Source: Prochlorococcus sp. AG-402-A21 (GTDB lineage Bacteria > Cyanobacteriota > Cyanobacteriia > PCC-6307 > Cyanobiaceae). Taken from it: a stretch of 64,000 nt of DNA. The notes beneath the pieces were generated by a model. The model did no database searches. It saw only the letters and a list, made by a program, of their open reading frames with translations, and was not told where the DNA came from. The DNA lies in assembly GCA_003279655.1 (NCBI GenBank), contig QCHI01000003.1, forward strand, positions 34,641-98,640. Reading direction: 5' to 3'. Both the position numbers and the translations under genes were made by a program. The stretch's first letter is position 1, and each line of letters starts with the position of its first letter. Shown piece after piece: positions 52,712 to 60,499 of this stretch.

Positions 52712-54256
52712 TTGAAATTGAACAATTTATTAGCAAAGGAGAGAATTGTCTCGCCCTCTCGAGATGTTCTTGCCGGTCTTGTTGTCGCATTTGCAATGAT
52801 TCCAGAGGCGATAGCTTTTTCTGGAATTGCAGGTGTTGATCCAAGAGTTGGATTGTTTGGTGCTTTTTTGCTTTCTGTAACCCTTGCAATATTTGGTGGC
52901 AGAATGGCCATGATTACATCGGTAACAGGTTCAACGGCACTTTTGATGACTGGTATTGTTCAACAAGGTGAAAATATTAGCCCTGGTCTTGGTCTTCAAT
53001 ATCTTTTGGCTGCTGGCTTGCTTACGGGAGTCCTTCAGATCGCTTGGGGTTATCTAAGACTTGCACATCAGATGAGATTTGTACCTCAACCTGTTATGGA
53101 TGGCTTTGTGAATGGTTTGGCTATATTGATCTTTCTTGCTCAATTGCCTCATTTGGGGATTGACTTGGCGCATTCTGCAAAGGTAGTTAGTGCAACACAA
53201 GTACCTTCAGTTTGGGGATTGACCATACTTACATTGTTGATTATTTATTTGTTGCCAAAAGTCACCAAGATTTTGCCTTCAGCATTGGTCGCAATTTTTA
53301 TTTGTACTGGAATTTCTATTGGATTTAAATTAAATGTTCCAACTGTGTCGAATTTAGGAATTCTCCCAAATGGATTGCCTGGCTTTAGCTTCCCAAAAGT
53401 TCCGTTTAATTTTGAAACTCTTGGTTTGATACTTCCAACAGCTTTGGCAATTTCTTTGGTAGGTCTTATGGAGACATTTCTCACTCAAGATATTCTTGAT
53501 GATATGACTGACAAAAGTACAAATAAAAATGTCGAGGCTCGCGGTCAAGGTATAGGAAATATTGTTAGTTCTCTTTTTGGAGGGATGGCTGGATGTGCTT
53601 TGGTTGGACAATCGGTTATGAATGTGGGTTATGGAGGTAGAACGCGACTTTCAACATTAAGTTCAGGGGTTTGTTTAATAGCAATGATTCTTGCTGCAAA
53701 AGATTGGGTGAATCAAATACCTATGGCAACATTGGTGGGTGTAATGATAATGATTGCAATTAATACTGCGAATTGGACCTCAATAAAAGATATACGCCGT
53801 ATCCCTAGAAGTGATAGTTCAGTTATGATTTTAACTGTATTTGTAACTGTTATTACTCATAATCTAGCCTTGGGTCTTCTTGCGGGCGTAGGACTTGCCG
53901 CAATACTATTTAGTAGAAAGGTTGCAAAAGTTATTAAGGTTGAGTCTTCTTTAGTTGGTGAAGATCACAGAATTTACAAAGTTAAAGGTCAGCTATTCTT
54001 TGTTAGCAGTATTTACTTTAGGCAAGGATTTGAACTTCACGAACATCCTAAGAAAATCACCATTGATATGGCTGAAGCTCATATTTGGGACCAAAGTGGT
54101 GTAAGTGTTCTTGATCAAGTAATTAGAAGAATAAAATTAGGCGGATCAGAGGTTGAAGTGATTAATTTAAATGATGAAAGCTTGAATTTATTTTCTAGAA
54201 TAGGACAAGCATCAGAAGCTGGAGGAAGAGGTGGAGAATTTAAACCTGCACATTAA
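52712..54256 (+). CDS. SulP/SLC26-family anion transporter with STAS domain
   Basis: [44 protein letters not shown]; C-terminal STAS (GQLFF...[13 protein letters not shown]). Confidence 0.93.
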   Translation: MKLNNLLAKERIVSPSRDVLAGLVVAFAMIPEAIAFSGIAGVDPRVGLFGAFLLSVTLAIFGGRMAMITSVTGSTALLMTGIVQQGENISPGLGLQYLLAAGLLTGVLQIAWGYLRLAHQMRFVPQPVMDGFVNGLAILIFLAQLPHLGIDLAHSAKVVSATQVPSVWGLTILTLLIIYLLPKVTKILPSALVAIFICTGISIGFKLNVPTVSNLGILPNGLPGFSFPKVPFNFETLGLILPTALAISLVGLMETFLTQDILDDMTDKSTNKNVEARGQGIGNIVSSLFGGMAGCALVGQSVMNVGYGGRTRLSTLSSGVCLIAMILAAKDWVNQIPMATLVGVMIMIAINTANWTSIKDIRRIPRSDSSVMILTVFVTVITHNLALGLLAGVGLAAILFSRKVAKVIKVESSLVGEDHRIYKVKGQLFFVSSIYFRQGFELHEHPKKITIDMAEAHIWDQSGVSVLDQVIRRIKLGGSEVEVINLNDESLNLFSRIGQASEAGGRGGEFKPAH

Positions 54257-54541
54257 AGTTTGCTGAAAATCTACTTAAAATTCCTGCAGATTTTCTTAAG
54301 AGCTTGAATTAAAGGCTTATAAGGATTCATTTCCATTTAATAATTTTGCAAATTTGATACATATGAATGTATAAGCCAAAGCTACAACTAATCAAGCCTC
54401 ATTTCTTTTGGTCATAGAAGACATAAGTTCTACTTATGTATTATTCGAAAAAAAATTATTCTCTAGATAACTCTATTTTTATTGATAGATGTTTTGGCTT
54501 TTGATTTTACATGTTTTTTCTAATTAATTTGTATTGGTAAG

Positions 54542-54574
54542 AAAAAATCCACCAAGCGAAAAACACTTGATGGA
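54542..54574 (-). terminator. intrinsic terminator
   Basis: Minus strand TCCATCAAG-loop-CTTGGTGGA followed by TTTTTT, downstream of the 47-aa ORF. Confidence 0.65.
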
Positions 54575-54679
54575 ATTAGGATTTTTGAATTGATTAAGAT
54601 TCCTTCGTTAGAGGTTAAAAAATCTAAATTTTTTAACAGTAGGATATTTAGCTAATAGATTTATCTACTTGCTATGTTC

Positions 54680-54823
54680 CTAAGCTTCAGAATCAAATTT
54701 AGAAAGATTTGGTCCAGCAATTACACCAACTAGTCCAAAAAGAACAAGGGATACAACACCGACGATTGTTGCTGAGAGGCTTCCCCCTCCCAAAGCAAAG
54801 GTTAAGAATGGCAAATGAAGCAT
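54680..54823 (-). CDS. 47-aa membrane microprotein (not in ORF track)
   Basis: MLHLPFLTFALGGGSLSATIVGVVSLVLFGLVGVIAGPNLSKFDSEA*; GC-richer than flanks, with a terminator downstream. Confidence 0.65.
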   Translation of the reverse strand: MLHLPFLTFALGGGSLSATIVGVVSLVLFGLVGVIAGPNLSKFDSEA

Positions 54824-54927
54824 TTTTTTTTAGATGCAGGTATATATATAAACCTAAAATTGCCCAAATTTAAGCAAGTTGTAGCACCTTGATAAATTCA
54901 GACATTTTTTAAAGGCTTTAGTGAGAG

Positions 54928-55182
54928 TTAAGCGGTAGGGAAATTGTTTGGAAATCTTGAAGCTAATTCGTCTTGACTAGCATTGGTTTCCCACTTGAGC
55001 CAGTCCTTTACTCCGTTAGGCTTTACCTTCTGAGCACTTCGAGCAGCAAAAATAATTACATGAAATGGGATCACAATCGCAAAGAAGAAGAAATGAAGTA
55101 AATACAAATCCCAAGGGATCCCTTGGTAACCATAATCAGGGAAAAATATTGCAGTAATAAAAGGGAGCACCATGTTGTTCAA
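54928..55182 (-). CDS. small membrane protein
   Basis: TM segment YLLHFFFFAIVIPFHVIIFAA and a polar C-terminus. Confidence 0.6.
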   Translation of the reverse strand: MNNMVLPFITAIFFPDYGYQGIPWDLYLLHFFFFAIVIPFHVIIFAARSAQKVKPNGVKDWLKWETNASQDELASRFPNNFPTA

Positions 55183-55415
55183 GTTTCAACTGTATTAATC
55201 ATTATCCATAAAGCATTATTTTTTCCGATAAGGGTGGATATTTTAACTTCTAGAAATGCTAAGCAATTTGTATAAGCATATGATTATCTTGATTTCTTAG
55301 CTTTTTGAATTGAGTTGTGAATGAATGCATAAAGGACTTAAGACTTAACCCCCACAGAAAAAATAATTCGTCAAGATATTTTTCTATACAAATTTTAATT
55401 AAGATCCTTAAATGT

Positions 55416-55691
55416 TTAATTAATAAGTCTTTCTATTAATTTAATTAGTTTAAATGTAAAATAGAGACTAATTATTATCCATGTTGGTAAAAGGATATTC
55501 CATGCCTTTTGATATTTTAAAAGTATAATTTTATCTAGGACATAAGCACCTCCGATGGGAATAAGAATTAATAAGCTCATTTTAAAAAGAATCTCAAGGA
55601 ATGCTAGAGCTGCTATAGGATTTATTAGCCATGCTATCAATATTCCACTTAGTAAATAGCCACCATATTGCCCCAGTTTCTTTATCATCAA
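55416..55691 (-). CDS. small multi-pass membrane protein
   Basis: Three hydrophobic segments in 91 aa. Confidence 0.55.
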   Translation of the reverse strand: MMIKKLGQYGGYLLSGILIAWLINPIAALAFLEILFKMSLLILIPIGGAYVLDKIILLKYQKAWNILLPTWIIISLYFTFKLIKLIERLIN

Positions 55692-55884
55692 CGGCTTTTT
55701 GTAACACTAACTTATTGTATCTAAAATACTACTACTAATTCAATAAGGTTTTAATTTGATGCTTATTGTGAAGTTGAAGTAACAGTTAGTACTATTTTAA
55801 AATAGATTAATGTCTAAATTGATATTTATATATCAGTTTTTGATTGGTTTATTAATTCAAATATATTTATAAGTATCAAACCGA

Positions 55885-56112
55885 TCAATCTTTGGACTTA
55901 GGGTATAGTTTTTGAATGGCATCAGCTTGAATTTTTTCCTTTTTCTTTATCTGATTTAATTCATTATACCTTCTAACTATAATTCCTGGAACGAACCAAA
56001 CGAACGTTATTACTGCAAAAATAAAAAGTGGATTGTTTATAGTCATATCAAGCAATGTAGCTTTTATTAATAGAAAATATATATTATTGATAAAAAATAA
56101 TTGAGGGCTCAT
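55885..56112 (-). CDS. small single-pass membrane protein (likely start MTINNPLF)
   Basis: TM segment then a basic coiled tail ending KLYPKSKD. Confidence 0.55.
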   Translation of the reverse strand: MSPQLFFINNIYFLLIKATLLDMTINNPLFIFAVITFVWFVPGIIVRRYNELNQIKKKEKIQADAIQKLYPKSKD

Positions 56113-56216
56113 GTTTTTTAAATGGTTAAGATCATTGTAATTGTTTGCTAGAATTGATTGTATTTATTATATTTCTGGCTTTTTTCTTTTTGCTATTTTG
56201 ATTTGTCTTTGCTTCA

Positions 56217-56459
56217 TTACTCCTCTTCCTTATAATGATCTTCTAAATAGACTTTCGATTCATCAGCAATTATTTTTAAATAGTTATCAATTCCTTTGGA
56301 TTCTATAATTTCTTTTGAGTTGCTATATTTAATTTTTATATCTTTACCAGACCATGCTTCTTGATCTTTGAAAAGATTCCTTTTGGCTAAATAAAATATC
56401 TTTTTCCCAATTAGGAAAAGAGCTAATATAAATATAGAAAGGAGAAGAACCATTCTCAT
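56217..56459 (-). CDS. small membrane-anchored protein
   Basis: N-terminal TM segment and a charged C-terminus. Confidence 0.55.
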   Translation of the reverse strand: MRMVLLLSIFILALFLIGKKIFYLAKRNLFKDQEAWSGKDIKIKYSNSKEIIESKGIDNYLKIIADESKVYLEDHYKEEE

Positions 56460-57069
56460 TTTTTTGTGTCTATTTATTTAATGATAACTTCTTGGAAATC
56501 TTATCTTGCAAGATGAAAAATAAATATATAAATTTACTTAAGATTATTGCAGTATTATTTTGGTTGTTCCCTTGGATTACTTTTATGCTCAAAATCAAGA
56601 CTACTTTTGATTAAATTATTTGTATGGGCTTTTTGATTTTTATTAAATTGTTTTTTAACAATTGCCATCTTTGTGATTGTTTGCTAAAGATATAAATATT
56701 TATAATATTATTCAAAGATGTTTCCTTGGATTAATCAAAGTAGAGTTGTTTATATTTTATCGAATTTGTTTGTTTTACCTGCTACATTCATTCCTTTTTT
56801 TGACTTAATATCAAATATTTCTTTTATTGTTTCTTTCATTCTATTGATAAACACAAATTTGTTGCTATTGTTTGCTTTATGTGTTGTTTTCACTATTAAA
56901 AATAACTCAAATTATCGATTTAATCTTTTGTTGAAGCTAAAAGGTGAAGAAATTTCTAAGTCAGATTATGAATGTGTTTATTTATATGCATGGTGTACAT
57001 TATTAAGATATTCTTTGATTGGATTAGGAGCAAATCAGATTTTTTTGTTTTTTAAATAGTTTTTTTAGC

Positions 57070-57363
57070 TCAACTATTTTTAAAAGGATTAATGAAAATT
57101 CTTTTTGCTAAATTTTTAGGCGGATTAATCATTCCTGTATCTGCATTTAGTCTTCTTTTGATGTCTTCAATTGTTTTTTGATGTTGAACCTCATTTTTGT
57201 CTGGGTCTAAGGAGGCAAACCAATTATGAAGATCCCAATTTTGATGACCATCCTGATCTACTTCGATTTTTACAAATCCCTCTTGACCTGAAAAGAAATA
57301 AACGCCTTCAGGCAGGTTGTCGAAATCAAACTCCCCATCTGTTCCCTTTTTGATTGAACCCAT
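57070..57363 (-). CDS. hypothetical protein
   Basis: 97-aa ATG-started ORF with soluble-protein composition. Confidence 0.55.
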   Translation of the reverse strand: MGSIKKGTDGEFDFDNLPEGVYFFSGQEGFVKIEVDQDGHQNWDLHNWFASLDPDKNEVQHQKTIEDIKRRLNADTGMINPPKNLAKRIFINPFKNS

Positions 57364-57525
57364 TATTATTTAATTTTTTATAAGTAGAATATCTCACGAT
57401 AGATGTTTTGTTTGATTTCTTTCATCTCTTGGAACTTAATTCTTCTATCTAAATCTTTAGGAATTATGATTTTTAGTTGCTTTTACCTTTAGTTATGTGA
57501 ATGATTGAAAAAATGCATAAGATTT

Positions 57526-57702
57526 ATGTGCCCTTTTAGTAAGGAATTTTCTCTTCTTGCGAAAACATTCGAGTACTCAGATTACCTTGAAGATTCAGAT
57601 TGGAAATTTCAGAAATATAACTTGGTAAATGCTTCTTGTTATTCTGATCTTTTAGAAGATACTGAGTGGGGTACTAGATCTGACGATTTAACTATTGCTT
57701 AA
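57526..57702 (+). CDS. small acidic protein with an internal repeat
   Basis: YSDYLEDSDW and YSDLLEDTEW repeated; ATG 57526. Confidence 0.55.
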   Translation: MCPFSKEFSLLAKTFEYSDYLEDSDWKFQKYNLVNASCYSDLLEDTEWGTRSDDLTIA

Positions 57703-57732
57703 AACTCTTGTAATAGATACGTTTTTATATTT

Positions 57733-58233
57733 TTAATCTGCGATAGTTAGTTCAGCAATGAATGCATCGCTTATCCATTCAAGTTGGTGATCTTCGTTTG
57801 GTGTTCTTCCTAGAATAATAATTGGTATGCAAACTTCTTTATTCTCAATAATTTGTCTATATCCAACTAGTAGTTCAACGTATTTTTTAAAAGTCCATCC
57901 GTTATTTCCTTTTGTCTTCGATTCTGAAGAGTTTCTAAGAGATCGATGAAAATCCTCAATTCCAAATTCGTTCCAACATTCCTGAATGGCAAGTAAATGT
58001 TCGTGACCTTCCTTGAGTAATTTTTGATATTGAATTAGTTCAGGTGCTTCTTGTGAGTTGTCTGGTTTCAGTTCTTTAGCTAAATCAGAGATGGCGACTT
58101 TTTTAAGCCTGAACCAATCTCTATCAAAGAGAAAAACTGGAAAATCTAAAGACCATTTGATACCGCCTAAACTCCTGTATGTTTTGGTAAATTCAGTCAA
58201 GTGTTTTTCGAGAAACTTGTATTGTCTTTTCAT
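57733..58233 (-). CDS. hypothetical protein
   Basis: 166-aa ATG-started ORF, the largest hypothetical in the island. Confidence 0.7.
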   Translation of the reverse strand: MKRQYKFLEKHLTEFTKTYRSLGGIKWSLDFPVFLFDRDWFRLKKVAISDLAKELKPDNSQEAPELIQYQKLLKEGHEHLLAIQECWNEFGIEDFHRSLRNSSESKTKGNNGWTFKKYVELLVGYRQIIENKEVCIPIIILGRTPNEDHQLEWISDAFIAELTIAD

Positions 58234-58362
58234 AAATAAGCCTTCTTATGTAATTACTTTTGATTTTTAATTTTTAGAATTAACATTAAGCCTTATAAGC
58301 TTTATGTCAATATCAGATGTCGTAAGTATATTATATATATAGAACATTGATTTATTAATTCA

Positions 58363-58473
58363 ATGAATAATGGTAATAAAAGACCTGGATGGCTTAATTG
58401 GGTTTACCTTTTAATATTTTTATATTCTTCTTATTTCTTGTTCAATTATTGGTCTGCAATCTTAGAAAAATAA
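58363..58473 (+). CDS. candidate 36-aa membrane microprotein
   Basis: MNNGNKRPGWLNWVYLLIFLYSSYFLFNYWSAILEK*. Confidence 0.45.
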   Translation: MNNGNKRPGWLNWVYLLIFLYSSYFLFNYWSAILEK

Positions 58474-58626
58474 TACTAGTTATTTAAAAATTTATATTTT
58501 AATGTATTATTTACAGATAAAATTTTATATTTACTAAATAAAATATTTTAAGTTGTAAATTTATTTTTGATATTTAATTATTAGGCTAAAGATTATGAAC
58601 TGAAGTAATTTGAATTTATATTCAAA

Positions 58627-58719
58627 TTATCCAGCAAATACTGGCAAACCAATTGTTGCTGTACTGATTAATGCTCCAGCAAAAATAATGAAAGGAAGCA
58701 ATGGGTACTTTTCAATCAT
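58627..58719 (-). CDS. candidate 30-aa hydrophobic microprotein
   Basis: MIEKYPLLPFIIFAGALISTATIGLPVFAG*; GC-richer than flanks. Confidence 0.5.
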   Translation of the reverse strand: MIEKYPLLPFIIFAGALISTATIGLPVFAG

Positions 58720-58808
58720 AAGACTTTGATAGTTAGTGCTTATAGGTAATTATACCATGCTAGGTATTTATACTATGGCCTGGGCTGAAGATAGTTGTAA
58801 TTGCTTGA

Positions 58809-58991
58809 TCATTCGTGGGAAGAGTAGTAAATTTTTGAGTCATCTATTGCCTTTTTGTAGTATTGATAATTCCTTTGTCGCTCACTCAAAAATTTAATAT
58901 CAAGCCATTGGTCTAAAGGAAATCCCTTTTTAATTTCTTCAGCTAGTTGTTTTTCCTCGTGATCTAGATTTTTTCTTAAGTTTGTACTCAT
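58809..58991 (-). CDS. hypothetical 60-aa charged protein
   Basis: ATG start 10 bp downstream of the interrupted frame at 59002-59163. Confidence 0.55.
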   Translation of the reverse strand: MSTNLRKNLDHEEKQLAEEIKKGFPLDQWLDIKFLSERQRNYQYYKKAIDDSKIYYSSHE

Positions 58992-59001
58992 TTTTTATCC
59001 A

Positions 59002-59163
59002 TTAGAAAGGCTTCCCCAGCTCACTTGATGTTGCTCTGTTTGTATCCATTTCTTGATGTAATTTTGATCCTCATCCTCAATACAAAGTATTTTCAGCTGA
59101 TGGTAATTTGATCTCAGGCATTAACTCAGCAAAATCTGGCAAATATTTCACCGAATAGCTCAT
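59002..59163 (-). pseudogene. small ORF interrupted by two in-frame TGA codons
   Basis: MSYSVKYLPDFAELMPEIKLPSAENTLY*G*GSKLHQEMDTNRATSSELGKPF(TAA). Confidence 0.45.
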
Positions 59164-59534
59164 ATCTACTAAATTATGAAACTTTTTAATCCTTTTTGTG
59201 ATGAATACCGAAGAGAAATATGTCTATGATTTAAATATATTACTTTAATCCTATAATATTTTGCTATGAGCTTTTTAGAAAGAAGGCAGTATAAAATTAA
59301 ATAAAAAACTGCTTTACTTACTCACTTATAGAACACTTCAAAGAACTTTTTGGTGTGCTCTTTATCTACTATCAATGCCATCTTTGCAATCTTCGAGTCA
59401 CTAGCTATTAATTCTTATTGGTTTTTTTTATGCATAATACAATTCTATCTTTTGTGATTAATAATTAACTCTCATCAATCTCAGCTTCAATAAAACCTTA
59501 AGTTTCTTTTATTTTAATTTAACTTGTTAATGAA

Positions 59535-59789
59535 TTAGATGCTGATAATTTTTGATTTTTCAGCTAAATATTTTCCCTCTAATTTGATCTAGAGATGGGC
59601 CTCTTTTTTTTTCCTCCTTAGTCAAAGGAATCCAGTTCCAGTCACAACTAACAGTAAGAAGGTACCCAACTAATAAGTGCCAAATCAATATTGAAAAGGA
59701 GTGGTCTAGATGAGGAGCCAAGGGTTTATTACTTTAAATAAAAAATAATCCTAACTATTATGTGGAATTCCCACGAGTTCAAAGCACAT
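59535..59789 (-). pseudogene. membrane-protein-like frame with six TAG/TGA stops
   Basis: MCFELVGIPHNS*DYFLFKVINPWLLI*TTPFQY*FGTY*LGTFLLLVVTGTGFL*LRRKKKEAHL*IKLEGKYLAEKSKIISI(TAA). Confidence 0.5.
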
Positions 59790-59886
59790 ATTTAGTCTAA
59801 TTGATGCTTTTCAAGAAGTTTGATTTAAAAATATTTTTTTATTCCGCATAATTAAGCGCCTTTGAAGCCTTAAGATTAATAAGTTG

Positions 59887-59960
59887 CGGGGCGTGGCGCA
59901 GCTTGGTAGCGCGGGTGCTTTGGGAGCACTAGGTCGCAGGTTCGAATCCTGTCGCCCCGA
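59887..59960 (+). tRNA. trnP: tRNA-Pro(TGG)
   Basis: CGGGGCG...CGCCCCGA acceptor stem, anticodon stem GGTGC/GCACT, loop TTTGGGA, T-loop TTCGAAT. Confidence 0.97.
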
Positions 59961-59968
59961 TCAGTCAG

Positions 59969-59995
59969 AGACAGGTTTCCCAGCCTGTCTTTTTT
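59969..59995 (+). terminator. intrinsic terminator after tRNA-Pro
   Basis: AGACAGG-loop-CCTGTCT followed by TTTTT. Confidence 0.8.
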
Positions 59996-60058
59996 AATGC
60001 CTGTTTTTTCTTGCGTACATACTGCGTCCAAGAACTACCTGAGATAAAGGGATCTAAG

Positions 60059-60072
60059 GGGATTTAACGGAC
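60059..60072 (+). repeat. 14-bp direct repeat GGGATTTAACGGAC, copy 1
   Basis: Exact match to 61427-61440; directly abuts the TTG of the 60073 ORF. Confidence 0.85.
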
Positions 60073-60399
60073 TTGGAAAATTGGTCAAAAAGGATACTTC
60101 CCTTGGTTGATGAATTTGGACAAAATGAACTTATGGATGAGCCTCTATTTTTAAAAGTCAGACCGGGTGACGCTGTTCTATATGAAAAAGACAAAATTGG
60201 AAAAGTTCTTACTTTTGTTGGTGGCTCTCGTGATCCTGATGCACCCTCACTCTTTCAAATTGCCAACGTAGATTCTGGAGAAATCCGCTGGATTCATGGT
60301 GAGGAAGTTACCGAGATAGTTGCCGAATATCGGACAACAATTAAAAAGCCTTCCTCCTTTTACGAGCAAATTCAGCAGCAACAACAGCAGCAGCAATAA
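60073..60399 (+). CDS. DUF3104-like protein with a poly-Gln tail
   Basis: PLFLKVRPGD...GGSRDPDAPSLFQIANVDSGEIRWIHG matches DUF3104 as I recall it; ends in eight Gln. Start may be ATG (MDEPLF). Confidence 0.72.
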   Translation: MENWSKRILPLVDEFGQNELMDEPLFLKVRPGDAVLYEKDKIGKVLTFVGGSRDPDAPSLFQIANVDSGEIRWIHGEEVTEIVAEYRTTIKKPSSFYEQIQQQQQQQQ

Positions 60400-60423
60400 A
60401 AAAGAGAGGCTATTTGCCCCTCT
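60398..60423 (-). terminator. intrinsic terminator of a minus-strand transcript
   Basis: AGAGGGGC-AAATA-GCCTCTCT (one G-U pair) followed by TTTTT. Confidence 0.7.
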
Positions 60424-60499
60424 TCTGATTATTCCTTTTAATCCTGCAAAGATCGCAGTTATCTTTTTTGGGGATGGTGAAGGGAGTAAAGAGTTTCAT
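60410..60499 (-). CDS. 29-aa peptide with a strong Shine-Dalgarno
   Basis: AAAGGAGGCTTT-ATG; MKLFTPFTIPKKDNCDLCRIKRNNQKRGK*. Confidence 0.6.
   Translation of the reverse strand: MKLFTPFTIPKKDNCDLCRIKRNNQKRGK

Noticed and set aside
52636-52911. Minus-strand ORFs of 91 and 69 aa at the SulP 5' end
   Set aside because: Antisense shadows of the SulP coding region.
55779-55792. NtcA-like GTA-N8-TAC (GTAACAGTTAGTAC) upstream of the 55691 ORF
   Set aside because: No properly spaced -10 element on the relevant strand, and the 6-bp pattern is frequent by chance in AT-rich DNA.
56718-57059. 113-aa hydrophobic + strand ORF
   Set aside because: Composition (F/L/I/N-rich from T-rich DNA) is what AT-rich non-coding sequence yields; no motif. 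Not called, though it cannot be excluded.
58312-58342. dif-like sequence GATGTCGTAAGTATATTATATATAT
   Set aside because: Only the GTATATTAT core resembles a XerCD dif site; both arms and the spacing fit poorly.
59071-59079. Selenocysteine or genetic-code-4 reading of the in-frame TGA codons
   Set aside because: No evident SECIS hairpin or Cys-like context, core genes in this window use TGA as a stop (e.g. uppS-upstream cdaA, the decarboxylase), and neighbouring cases involve TAG as well.
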